A DNA stretch of 64,000 nt, taken from NCBI RefSeq assembly GCF_009914755.1, contig NC_060947.1. The stretch is one strand, 5' to 3'. Positions within the stretch are counted from its first letter, which is position 1; every line of letters begins with the position of its first letter. Below are positions 1-14,345 of the stretch, one piece after another. Source of the DNA: the human T2T-CHM13v2.0 reference genome, Homo sapiens. The translations under genes and the position numbers were made by a program. The notes below the pieces were generated by a model. The model was not told the DNA's origin, did no database searches, and worked only from the letters and a program-made list of their open reading frames with translations.

Positions 1-1294
1 GGGACCAGATACCAGCTTCTAAAATCATAATGGAATGAAACCGCAAGAGGCAGTTGTCCAATGAATTGAGAAATATAATTCAACTGGATATGGCAGAACA
101 GGGTGACCTGGTACAAATCTTGGCCAACCAGCCAATTGGTAAATAATAGAGAAACATCTTTTATCAATTTCAGGTTCATTTTTCTCCTCACTGTCCTCAT
201 CTAAATTCTACCCATTGTTCAAATTCCAGTTTAAGTCTCATTTTATTTAATAGTAATATGGGTGATGACAAAAATAGTATTTACATATATGTTCTTATTT
301 CATCTTTGCAACAGCTCTTTAAGGAAGTGGATCCTCAGAAATGTTAAGAAACCTGACAAGCTATTTGTCCAAAATAGTATTGATGAGTTTAGGACTTGTG
401 GAGAATACGGCTCTTATGCAAGATCCATGTGAAAGTTTGTAGGAGGTTTTTGGCTAGGTGAGTCTCAAGTTTGAGGGTCAAAGCATGACTAGACATAAAG
501 TTTTGGAAATCTTTAGCAATTAATGATGATAGCTTATAACAAGAGAATAGATGAGATCACACAGAGAGAGTCTCTGGAATAAGGCAGGGTGTCTGAGGTC
601 TGAGGGATCTTAGGACAAAACTCAGGAAGACACCGGTATTTAAAAGGTGAATGAAAGCACAGCAAGCAGCATAAAGAAACTAGGAAGGAGCAGCTAGAGG
701 GGAAGAAAATCAGTAGAGTTTGGTGTCACAGAAGAAAAGAGAGGACTGAATTTCAAAAAGGGATTGGTTGAAAGAGTCAAAGTCTACAGAAAGGTCAAGT
801 TAAAAGAAACTTGTACTATTGGGTGGGGAAAGAAACTTGAACATGCTCTTACTGTGATGGGAAGGAGCCAGTGAAGAGGAAGAGGCTGAAACAGATAAGA
901 GAATGGAGCGCTATGAATGGATCAAACTCCCCGAGGAGATGGGAGAGGCTGGTATCCAAACCACAGGTGAAGAATTTAGTTTTAAAGTTGAAAAAGAGAA
1001 AAATCCTTCCTGTGAGAGTGAGTGAGGCAGGAACTATGAAGGAGGCTTGAAGACAGTATGGCTACTGAGAAGTATAAGAGAAGGAACTGAGCAAACAGGC
1101 AAACAGCAGCCTTCCTTCCCCCACACCGTAATAGAAAATTTATTCATATGGCTTTTGGTATCCTCTTGAAAGCCCTCAGAAACATCTGAGATCCAACATC
1201 ATTACTAGTATTCACTTTTCTCACACATGTTCACACACATTTTCTCATCATTCATCAGAGCATTCTATCTCAGGATGCTGAGGAAACAAAAATA

Positions 1295-1682
1295 TGTTAC
1301 AGCAGTCTGAACTAAGTGAGGTATATAGTCCCAGAGGGACATGAGTATGGGACTTTAATCATATCCTCTGTGTCCGTATCTGTGGGCAATTATTTAAAGT
1401 CATTTTGTTTTTGACAAGTTGTCTTACCCAATATCTTTATGTTTTTAAAATTTGTAATACAAATAATAATGTATAGCCAATTAATAGTTTATGCTATTTT
1501 AATGTAAATTTTTAATAAATAACTAAGGAACGCTCTCTTAAAAAAATACTTGTAACTGTCAATTGGGGTATATATTTAGGACAACTTAAATTTATACTCT
1601 GACATTACAATCCTCAAACTTGGCCCAAATAAACTCACTACTTATATTAACTTTGCTTCAGTTTCTTCCTTTTAGGTTGACC
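1295..1682 (+). mobile_element. Solo ERV1 LTR, MER4 group (MER65-like)
   Basis: Starts TGTTAC; GGCCCAAATAAACTC poly(A) signal near 1625; ends TTTTAGGTTGAC. Subfamily from recalled consensus. Confidence 0.6.
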
Positions 1683-2106
1683 AGGCTAAGTTCTGAAATG
1701 TCTTCTCCTGTTCACCGAATTAGGTCATGCATCCTAGTAGCGGCCTCCTGTTTTTGATAGCTCCCTGTCTTTCCAGAACATCTTGGTCTGACTTCCCTTC
1801 CTGCCTTATCTACTCAGCCATGGTAGTGGTGCTTTTTCTAGTGTCCCTGGTTAGCCTTCACCTGTGGTTTGAATCTTGTAATCCCTCTAACAGCTGCCAG
1901 CCTCTCACTTCACTCATGTACAGGGCATACAACTGAGCCTGGTTCCCACTGTTGGCCCAACAAGGGCATCTGCTCCACCAGCTTGTACCCTATTCACTTC
2001 CCTGAACTGAGAGCCTTGCAACTTTATTTTCTTCCATCTACACCTACATCCCCCTACTCCTCCAGTCTCCAAACCCCACCCAGAAGGTCTCTGAGCTCCT
2101 TTCACC

Positions 2107-3630
2107 TGTGTCCAGAATTTGTGGGTTCTTGGTCTCACTGACTTCAAGAATGAAGCCGCGGACCCTTGCGGTGAGTGTTACAGCTCTTAAGGTGGCGCGT
2201 CTGGAGTCTGTCCCTTCTGATGTTCAGATGTGTTCGGAGTTTCTTCCTTCTGGTGGGTTCGTGGTCTCGCTGGCTCAGGAGTGAAGCTGCAGACCTTCGC
2301 GGTAAGTGTTACAGCTCATAAAAGCAGCGTGGACCCAAAGAGTGAGCAGTAGCAAGATTTATGGCAAAGAGCAAAAGAACAAAGCTTCCACAGTGTGGAA
2401 GGGGACCCGAGCGGGTTGCCACTGCTGGCTCTGGCAGCCTGCTTTTATTCTCTTATCTGGCCCCACCCACATCCTGCTGATTGGTAGAGCCCAGTGGCCT
2501 GTTTTGTCAGGGTGCTGATTGGTGTTTACAATCCCTGAGCTAGACACAAAGGTTCTCCACATCCCCATCAGATTAGTTAGATACAGAGTTTCCACACACA
2601 GGTTCTCCAAGGCCCCACCAGAGCAGCTAGATACAGAGTGTCGATTGGTGCACTCACAAACCCTGAGCTAAACACAGGGTGCTGATTGGTGTGTTTACAA
2701 ACCTTGAGCTAGATACAGAGTGCCGATTGGTGTATTTACAATCCTTGAGCTAGACATAAAGGTTCTCCACGTCCTCACCAGAGCAGCTAGATACAGAGTG
2801 TCAATTGGTGTATTTACAATCCCTGAGCTAGACATAAAGGTTCTCCACGTCCTCACCCGAGCAGCTAGATATAGAGTGTCGATTGGTGCACTCACAAACC
2901 TTGAGCTAAACACAGGGTGCTGATTGGTGTATTTACAATCCCTGAGCTAGATATAAAGACTCTCCACGTCCCCACCAGACTCAGGAGCCCAGCTGGCTTC
3001 ACCTAGTGGATCCCGCACCAGGGCTGCAGGTGGAGCTGCCTGCCAGTCCCGCGCCGTGTGCTCGCATTCCTCAGCCCTTGGGTGGTCGATGGGACTGGGC
3101 GCCGTGGAGCAGGGGGTGGTGCTCGTTGGGGAGGCTCGGGCTGCACAGGAGCCCATGGAGTGGGTGAGAGGCTCAGGCATGGCGGGCTGCAGGTCCCGAG
3201 CCCTGCCCCGCTGGAAGGCAGCTAAGGCTCAGTGAGAAATCGAGTGCAGCGCCGGTGGGCTGGCACTGCTGGGGGACCCAGTACACCCTCCGCAGCCACT
3301 GGCCGGGGTGCTAAGTCCCTCATTGCCCAGGGCCAGCAGGGCTGGCTGGCTGCTCCGAGTGCAGGGCCCACCAAGCCTACGCCCACCGGAACCCCAGCTG
3401 GCCCACAAGCGCCGCACGCAGCCCTGGTTCCCGCTCACGCCTCTCCCTCCACACCTCCCTGCAAGCTGAAGGAGTGGGCTCCAGCCTTGGCCAGCCCAGA
3501 AAAGGGCTCCCACAGTGCAGTGCGGGGGGCTGAAGGGCTCCTCAAATGCCACCAAAGTGGGAGCCCAGGCAGGGGAGGTGCCGAGAGCAAGAGAGGGCTC
3601 TGAGGACTGCTAGCATGCTGTCACCTCTCA
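2107..3630 (-). mobile_element. LTR12 (LTR12C-like) solo LTR of ERV9
   Basis: Minus strand starts TGAGAGGTGACAGC and ends ATTCTGGACACA. GC-rich 5' U3, tandem CCAAT/GATA repeats at 2475-2950, 4-bp TSD CACC/AACC (1 mismatch). Confidence 0.95.
2415..2950 (-). promoter_or_regulatory. ERV9 LTR enhancer/promoter: 8 CCAAT (NF-Y) boxes with GATA motifs and an AATAAAA TATA-like box
   Basis: ATTGG counted 8 times on + between 2475 and 2930. Minus-strand proximal module reads CCAATCAGCAGGATGTGGGTGGGGCCAGATAAGAGAATAAAAGC, firing toward lower coordinates. Confidence 0.75.
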
Positions 3631-3654
3631 AACCCACCTTCCCTTTCAGAGCAG

Positions 3655-3656
<2 letters not shown>

Positions 3657-3686
<30 letters not shown>
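3657..3686. repeat. (GT)15 microsatellite
   Basis: Read directly; lies between LTR12 and the TEX13C start. Confidence 0.95.
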
Positions 3687-3689
<3 letters not shown>

Positions 3690-3849
3690 GGGGTCCATTC
3701 CACTCCGGGTGTGCAAATAGCCACTTTATTGTCTCCAAAAAACCTGCCCTTCCCTCTCCGTCTCTGGGCTCGCTGCAGTTCCCAGCTCAGCCGCTTGGCG
3801 ACTCTCCATTCAGGAAGTGCCTTCTCAAAGGAAGCTGGTCCCAGCTGGC

Positions 3850-7103
<3,254 letters not shown>

Positions 7104-7122
7104 ACTCATTGATTTCAGGAAG

Positions 7123-7709
7123 GTAAGTAAGATGGAAGCACTCCAAAGAGAAACCAATTTCCCAGGACCCCCTTCTGATAAAAAAGTAACTTATTTACTT
7201 AACAGAAAATTTGAAACCAAAATTGTAGAGAAAATTAGATAAAATAATCCATTATCCTATTACCCAAATTAAGTACTTTTTATCATTGTGAGTATACATA
7301 CACACAAATACGTATGTATTTATTTTCTTATTTTATTCATTTATTTGAATAAAGAGAGACTACTTCTGAGTATAACACTCAGTCTTTAATTAGGGGATTT
7401 CTCCTAATTGCTGTCAACTTTTTCAGGTAGTAGATTGTGGTTGGCTGATACTAATTGGTTGACACCCTGGAGAAGCTGAAGTTATAGTTATAAAGCCTGT
7501 TTTAAATCAACCATTTTCTGTTTTTTTTTTTTCTCTTAACCTCCTTTTCCTGAAAATGCCATGTATTTGGCTGGGAGCAGCCATGTGATTTTAGAGTTCC
7601 AGGCTATATTGTATTCTAGAAACACTGCTTTTCCTTGCAAGTGCTATCATTCCTTTTGAAATTACTGCAGTGTTGATTTTTGCTTATTTTTGTTTTATTA
7701 GTTTTACAG
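7123..7709 (+). other. Probable intron in the TEX13C 3' UTR
   Basis: Consensus donor AAG|GTAAGT 19 nt after the stop; T-rich tract plus TTTTACAG|G acceptor at 7709; alternative acceptor CTTAG at 7734. Confidence 0.7.
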
Positions 7710-7980
7710 GTGAAGTCCTGTTTTTGTGTCTTAGCTCCACCAAACTTGCTTGTTTCTGAAGAAGCTGAACCTGTGACATTAGAAGATCTGCCAAAGCCAC
7801 AAGAAGTAACACCTCAATTCTGATGGACCCACACCTCACTGAGACCCCAACTGGCTGCAGTCAAGAAGAGTGAAAGGAAGTCAGGGAAGAAGAGATCATT
7901 TGACACTCATTAGGGGGAAAAGGGAGAACAAAATTGTTTTTGTAGAGTTGAATTTTTTCATTGGTATGGGAATTAACTTA

Positions 7981-8150
7981 GAAAAGTTTGGGGAGTTGTA
8001 GTGTTAAATTCTATAGATGGTAGCAACTTTGATGAATTTCACTTAATTCATTAAATGAGAAGTTTAGGGAAAGAGTTTAGGGGGTTGTAGTGTTAAATTC
8101 TATAGCTGATAGCAACTTTAATTAATTTCATTTAATTCATTAAAGAAATA
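7981..8150 (+). terminator. Candidate TEX13C poly(A) region: 89-bp tandem duplication with two ATTAAA hexamers
   Basis: ATTAAA at 8050-8055 and 8139-8144, at equivalent positions of two diverged copies; T/G-rich sequence downstream. Confidence 0.5.
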
Positions 8151-8391
8151 GTTATTGCCTAGTATGTTTTGGGAGCTAGACTTGTATGTTATTATCTAGT
8201 ACACACAGCATAATCTTTTATTGTGAATTCGGTTAGAAGATAGGAAAGAGCATAATTTGGCATACACATTAGATCAGGGATGTATTCTTTGCCTTGCATA
8301 TAGCGTGACCTTGGATAAAACCAATTGAAGTAACATCCAGATCCATTTCTGTGGTTCTGGGGCCAATGCGAAAGAGACTTTCATGAAAGGT

Positions 8392-8564
8392 TTTTTGTTT
8401 TGTTTTTGTTTTTTTTAATTTTTTGGAGAAATGAGGTCTCATTTTGTCGCCCAGGCTGGAGTGCAGTGGCATGATCATCATAGCTCACTGCAGCCTCAAA
8501 CTCCTGGGCTCAAGTGATCCTCTGCCTCAGCCTCCCGAGTGGCTGTGAGCCACCATGCCCAGCC
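8392..8564 (-). mobile_element. Monomer-length Alu (FRAM or internally deleted AluJ)
   Basis: Alu right-arm sequence joined to an Alu 5' end; T-rich tail on +; flanking TSD core ATGAAAGGT. Confidence 0.8.
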
Positions 8565-9377
8565 CTTATGAAAGGTCTTGAGTAACCAAACTGCTTGTCT
8601 CATTGGTCTCAGGTGAGATAAATGAGCAGTGACAAAGTTTGGGAAAGTGTCCTCACAAAAATGCAGGCAGAGCTTTTCTGAATTCCTCTGCTGATTTCCT
8701 CCTTTGAGAAGGATAGCTATTTTCCTGGTTGCCCACCAGCCTGCCTGAAAGACCTGGGGTGTCTTGAAGAAAAACAGTGCTTTGGGGAGTGTTCACTACA
8801 CACGCTAGCTTTCAGCCTCAGGCTGCCCCCATCCCAAGTCCCTTTTCAGTCAGCAGTGGATGAAGAACAAAATGGATTCCAAGGACAAACATTGGGGGCA
8901 CCAGGTTATGGATGGTGTTTCTCTTGGGAGGATAAATTGGGTTAAAAATAGAGCTAGACTGGGGCAAGCACTTTTGGGAATACCCCAGGACCCCCACCTC
9001 TCCCTCTTTGGTGTGTTCTCTGCAGGCTTACCCAAGGCAACTGCTGCAAGGCAAGGAAGGAGCCAGGGTGGAGCCCAGGGGTGGTTGGTTAGATCTGCCT
9101 TCAATCCAAGCTAAAGATGTCCTTGAGTTTCCCAATGAGATCCCACCCAGCTCACCAAAATCAATGTTTGTCAGGGATTTTCTGGGCCTAACTAGTAATA
9201 AAGAATGTGCATTTGACTGCTGTGTCTTCTGTGTAGTGTGTATCTCAGGGCAGGTTTGCTCAGAGGTGGCAGCTTAAATCCGCATCTGCCCTTCATCCCA
9301 CTGAAGTGAAGAAAAGTTCAATCTCATTCACTATTGGAGGGCCCCTCCTCTTCTAAGGAGTTACCCAAGAATGGGGG

Positions 9378-9446
9378 CAAGGTACTATGTGGACTTAGAC
9401 AATGATTCCCCCCTACACTCATTGTCTAAGTCCACATAGTACCTTG
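9378..9446. repeat. Perfect 28-bp inverted repeat with 13-nt spacer
   Basis: CAAGGTACTATGTGGACTTAGACAATGA (9378-9405) is the exact reverse complement of 9419-9446. Confidence 0.97.
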
Positions 9447-10476
9447 AAGGTGGGCATTTCTGCTGCTGTGGGGCCAGTGGGAGATGGAAATGTCTGCTGA
9501 TGGTGGAAGCCTTGATGCCTAGGGTCCAGCCTCCTTACATGCACCATGTACCCATTCTCCTTTGGGGCCCTGCTTTCTTTCTGGGGTCTTTGCATAGAGT
9601 AAGGGGTGCTTAGTTATCATGAGCAGAAATCTCCTTCTTTTCTTTCTGTTCTCTAAGTCACTCTTCTGTCAGCATAATTCTTTCAAGATGTTCAGGATTA
9701 AAGAAAACCAAATACAGGCTGGAAGCATAAACCTCCCCTAAGATAAGGCAGGGGAAAGATCTGGGCATCTTCTTGGAATGAGTATGGTGAGATAAAGGGT
9801 GAACAACAAAAATAATCTTACCATACCAGAAATTTTTCTCAGAGATGTGACAAACAGTAAGGGCTTTGTTTACCTGGGACAAGAGTACAAGAAAAGAAGG
9901 GGGCTGTTGGGGAACAAACACCTTAACTTTTGTTGGGGAGAGGGACAGATACTATAATATTTTGTATATCCTAATGGCTCCTGTATGTTTGGGAATATGG
10001 GTATGTGCAGGTATTTTTTTTTTCCTACTGGGTCTAAATCTAGAGCTGATATGATACAGGAGGAAGAGTAGAAATTGTAGTGGTGGAGGAAGAGGGGAAG
10101 GACTCCAGGTGCTGCCAGTAGTGATGGTAGGAGTGGGCCTGGTGCTGCTGCCTTGCAAGCACTTACGGAGGTGGTGGTGATGGATGAGGAACATGGGTAT
10201 TGCTCTGAGCAAGTGAATGCAGGGGAAGTGGGAAGAGGCCTATTAGAGTCTTTGAGGGCCTCAGAACAAGAGAAGCAATATTTTCTCTTACTGCTCACCC
10301 ATTCCTACACTTCTTCATACCCTGCTAGTGAGCCTAGGCAGGAGCAGCATTGCCTTCACACTCCCATTTCCATTTCTACCCTTTAATATAAAAGCAGAAT
10401 CAAAAGAAGCAGCTTGAATAAGGGCATGTCCTGTGTGTGGGACATCAGTTGGCAGGATCGAATGTGGAAAATGCTT

Positions 10477-12150
10477 CTCCGCCCGCCTCAGACTCCCGAA
10501 GTGCCTGGATTATAGGCGTGAGCCACCATGGCCAGCCTAAAAAGCACTTTTTAAGGGACCTTGGAGTTTTTCCTCAAATGGCTCAACCCTGCAAGCCGGA
10601 CTGGTCCCAGCACCCCTACCAGAGAGCTACAGTCAATGCTAGGGGTCCAAGTGCCCCCAGCAGACTCCCCCCAGCTTTCTCCTGGAAGAGGGTTGGGGCC
10701 AGCAGGGAATTCTGGGGTTGACACTCATGGTCCAGGAGCCTTCTGGTGCCCAGAGGGTAGAGTGGAAGGTCTGGGGGTGCTCAGCCCTGCTGTGTCCTGG
10801 ACAGGCTGGTCCCCATGGAAGCTCAGAAGGAAAGTGTGCAAGAGCAGGTCAGGAAGGGACCTAGTGGTCCGCTCACTGCCTAACACCCAGCGGTGCTCTC
10901 AGCAGCACCCAGCAGCACTCTGCTTCACGTGGCACTGCTTGCAGAAGAGATGGTTGTCCAGGGGGTAGCAGCCTTGGTTCCTGGGCTCCACAGACAGGAG
11001 GATCCTGCAGTCCTCACACCTGTAGCAATTTACATGGAAGTTTCTTCCCATGCACTTGATTTTGAAGGCATCTTTCCCATCCCGAGGAATAATGGGATTC
11101 TCACAGATGCTGCATACGGGAGCAAATTTCTTGTAGAATTCGTCTAGGCAGTACATCTCGTTTTGGCTGCCCAGGGCAGAGCTCTCATCCTGGATGCACC
11201 GGGCACAGGTCACACACATGAAGCAGGAGGGGTGGAAGGCCTGGCCCAGGGCCCTGATGATGTGCTCCCGGACCACCTGGCCACACTTGCCGCACTTCTC
11301 CAGTGTGTCCTGGTAGCAGGGTTTGCAGAGGGGTCGCCCATCCTGGTAGAAGCTCTGCCCAGCTAGCTGGCGGTGGCAGGTGTGCCACGTGAAGCACTGG
11401 GCATGGTACTGCCTCTTTATGGCCTCCACAGCCAGCTCTTGCGGGGGACACGGTTTTGTGGCAGAAGGCACAGATGTCTGTGGACGACTCTCTCTCAACA
11501 GGCTCTGCTGGGGAAGGCGGAAGCTCTTCCTCCCCAGGCCCGAGGGGACTGGGCCCAGGCTGGACTGAAGGTCCCTCCACTGGGGCCTGTGGTCGGGGTG
11601 GGGGCGAGGGCAGGTGCAACCGCTCTAAGTCTGCAATGAGTGAGGCCCCCATTGGAGCAGGAGCCTCTTCTTCAGAAGACAGGAGCACCGGAGGGGGCAG
11701 TGGAGGGGGTGGGACGAGGTCCAGGTCAGGAAGTGCGTCCTCACCATCCAGGACAGGAGGAGGGGGTGAGCATCCTCCATTGGAGAGCTGCAGAGGTGCA
11801 GCTGGCACTGTGGCTGCAGCCCTGCCAGGGGGTGCCCAGGGGCTGGGCTTTCCCGCTAAGCCAGCTCCGGGTGCCTTCATGGGGGCAGGAGCCTCCCAGG
11901 GGAGGCCACATCAGGCCTCACAAACCGCCTGCCCCCTTCCTCAACCACAGCTAAATCGTGGCACAGGGGTGCAAGGGTGATAAAGACAGACGATGCCACA
12001 CTCTTCTCAGGCTTTGAGGCCATGGCTTCAGCTCCTGGTGTGGCTGGGATCCAATTCTCCTGGAAGGTCCGAAGGCCCGGAAGTTCAGGCCAGCTCCACT
12101 TGTCAGCCCGCGCCCGGGGGCTGCCATCCGATGCCCTCATCCATAGGATT
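10477..12150 (-). pseudogene. Processed pseudogene of FBLIM1 (migfilin, filamin-binding LIM protein 1)
   Basis: Intronless. MASKPEKSVASSVFITLAP starts at 12023, then a Pro-rich region and three LIM domains ending SAAGCC* at 10899. Split over three frames (frameshifts near 11940 and 11445); C-to-W change at a LIM1 zinc ligand; UTR sequence retained on both sides. Confidence 0.93.
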
Positions 12151-12357
12151 CGACCACCTTGACTTGGTTAACTGGAGGTTGCTTGCTTGAACCGTTGCCT
12201 CATGTGCTTCGATAAAGTAATGCATGAAACCACCAACTGGAATAAAACTTAAAAATTCACTAGAAAACAGTGTAGGCTCAGCATTTGACAGCCAGATAGA
12301 GTTTTCTCAGAGAAATTTCCATATTTTTATTACCATCTAGAAAAAAGTAATACTCAT

Positions 12358-12753
12358 CGTATTAGTTTGCTAGGGCTGCCTTAACAAAGTACCACAGACT
12401 GGATGGCTTAAACAACAGAAATTTAGCCTCACAGGTTTGAAGGCTAGAAGCCCGAAACGAAGATATTGGCAGGGCTGGTTCTTTCTGAGGGCTATGGGGG
12501 GATACTCTGTTCTAGGCCTTTCTCCTGGGGGTGTGAATGTCTGTCTTGTCCCTGTGTCTCTTCACATTGTTTCCCCTCTGTGTGTGTCTGCCTTTGTCCA
12601 AAATTCTGCTGTTTATAAGAACAGCAGTCATATTGGATTAGGGGCCTCCCTAGTGAGCTCATTGTAACTAATTAAATAAGGTCACATTCAAAAGTACTGG
12701 AGTTTAGAACTTCAACATGAATTTTTCGGGGGGACACAATTCAATCCATAACA
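12358..12753 (-). mobile_element. MLT1 (MLT1A/B-like) MaLR solo LTR
   Basis: GTATTAGTTTGCTAGGGCTGCC...GGGACACAATTCAATCCATAACA; 5-bp TSD CTCAT/CTAAT. Confidence 0.85.
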
Positions 12754-12828
12754 CTAATAAATATAGTTTTTCTACTTAGACATCTGAATTTTAGAACAAT
12801 TAAGACTATTAAAACTCTTGGAACTCTT

Positions 12829-13010
12829 GTGTAGTATAGTGGATAAACAGATTTTGGATCCTAGCACCGGCAATTGCTAGCTATGTGATATTAAGCAAGT
12901 TGCTTATTCTTTCTCTGACTCAATTTCCCCATCTATAAAATGGGAATAATTATACCTACAGAATACAGGTGTTAATTAATATATGAAAACATGCTTAGCA
13001 CGTACTAGTT
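12829..13010 (+). mobile_element. MIR
   Basis: Core CTCAATTTCCCCATCTATAAAATGGGAATAAT. Confidence 0.75.
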
Positions 13011-13875
13011 TCAGTTTATAAAACCATTTGTATGATTATTCTTCCTTACCCAGAAGTAACAGTGAAACCCAACTGATTGGCATTAAACAGGCAGTCTCTC
13101 TGAATAGCTATCAAAAAATACATATATATGGACATGTACAAATTTATAGTTTCTCACTAGTGAATGGCAAAGCTTGTTAATATCCATGATTCATTTAAAA
13201 AAACAGTATTCATTTGGCAGAGAGGAACATAGTGCTAAAGAGTCTTGAGTTCCGTTCTATCGAGGGCAATTAACTTCACTCATTATTTCCATGGTTTAAC
13301 CAATTAAGTGAGTCAGTTACAGACCAATTGGTACACATATCACCCATTGAATATAACGAAAAACATTGCAAGATAAATCAGCTTTTTAGTTTTTATGGTA
13401 ATTTCATCTCTTGGTGCTCCCTGTTCTATAAAGAAGAGAAAACATCCTTGATTTTGGAGGAAGTGAAAATGTAACTAGCAACACATTAATTTGATTCCAG
13501 CAGCTAAAATTTCAGTTGAATGCACTACAATTTCTTTATAATTGCAAGCATTGTGGTGTGGCTAGGCTACCATGCCTTTTTCTCTGACTGATCATCTTCC
13601 TATACTGTAATCAGATTCTAAGGATCAGTCTGTAGCTAAAATAAGAGTGATTTTTATTGTTGATTTCATATAATTAATATGTGAGGGTAGTACATTGGAG
13701 CTTTTCATTATAAACACTATGGTAATTGATCATTCCAACTATTGGTTTGAATAACTTAAATGTAACCTGTAATTTCCACAACCTGAAATCAAGAAGGTAC
13801 ATTTATTTCTAATTAAATGGATGCAAAAATAAAACCTAGCTAAAATGTGCAAATAAAAACAATAGTTTTAAGTAC

Positions 13876-14345
13876 TGTATTGGTTATCTATTGCTGTGTA
13901 ACAAATTACCAGAATTTAGCAGTTAAAGTAATGCACATTTATTATCTCAGTTTCTGTGGGTCAGGAATCTGGGTATAGCTCAGCTGGGACCTCTGCTTTA
14001 GGGTCTCCCACAAAGCTGCACTAAAGTTGTAAGCCAGGGCTGGGAGCTCATCTGAAGTCGCCACTGTGAAAAGATCCATTTCCAAGCTCACTCATGTAGT
14101 TATTGGCAGGTGCGGTAGACAGAATAATGGTCACTGAAGATGTATGTGTCCTAATCCTTGGAAAACATGAATATGTTATTTCACATGGCAAAGGAGAATT
14201 AAGATTGCTAATCAACTATCCTTAAAATAGGGAGATTATCCTGGATAATCTGGGTTGGTGCAATGTCATAATAAGGGGTATAAAAGGTGGAAGTGAGAGG
14301 CAGAAGAGTAGTCAGTATGAGAGTGATGCAATGTGAGAAAGATAT
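13876..14345. mobile_element. Two abutting MLT1 LTR fragments (older MLT1 on -, MLT1D-like on + from ~14110)
   Basis: TGTATTGGTTATCTATTGCTGTGTAACAAATTACC, then TGCGGTAGACAGAATAATGG...AGGGAGATTATCCTGGAT. Confidence 0.7.

Noticed and set aside
1440-1600. Strongly AT-shifted segment in the MER65-like LTR as possible APOBEC editing
   Set aside because: Needs alignment to the consensus; both C and G appear depleted, which does not fit strand-specific editing.
2169-2307. Plus-strand splice donors GCG|GTGAGT and GCG|GTAAGT in LTR12 as upstream TEX13C exons
   Set aside because: Part of the LTR's internal repeats; no plus-strand promoter upstream and no convincing acceptor before the ATG.
10899-11880. 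LIM and Pro-rich ORFs as a functional gene
   Set aside because: Fragments of a frameshifted FBLIM1 retrocopy with a mutated zinc ligand.
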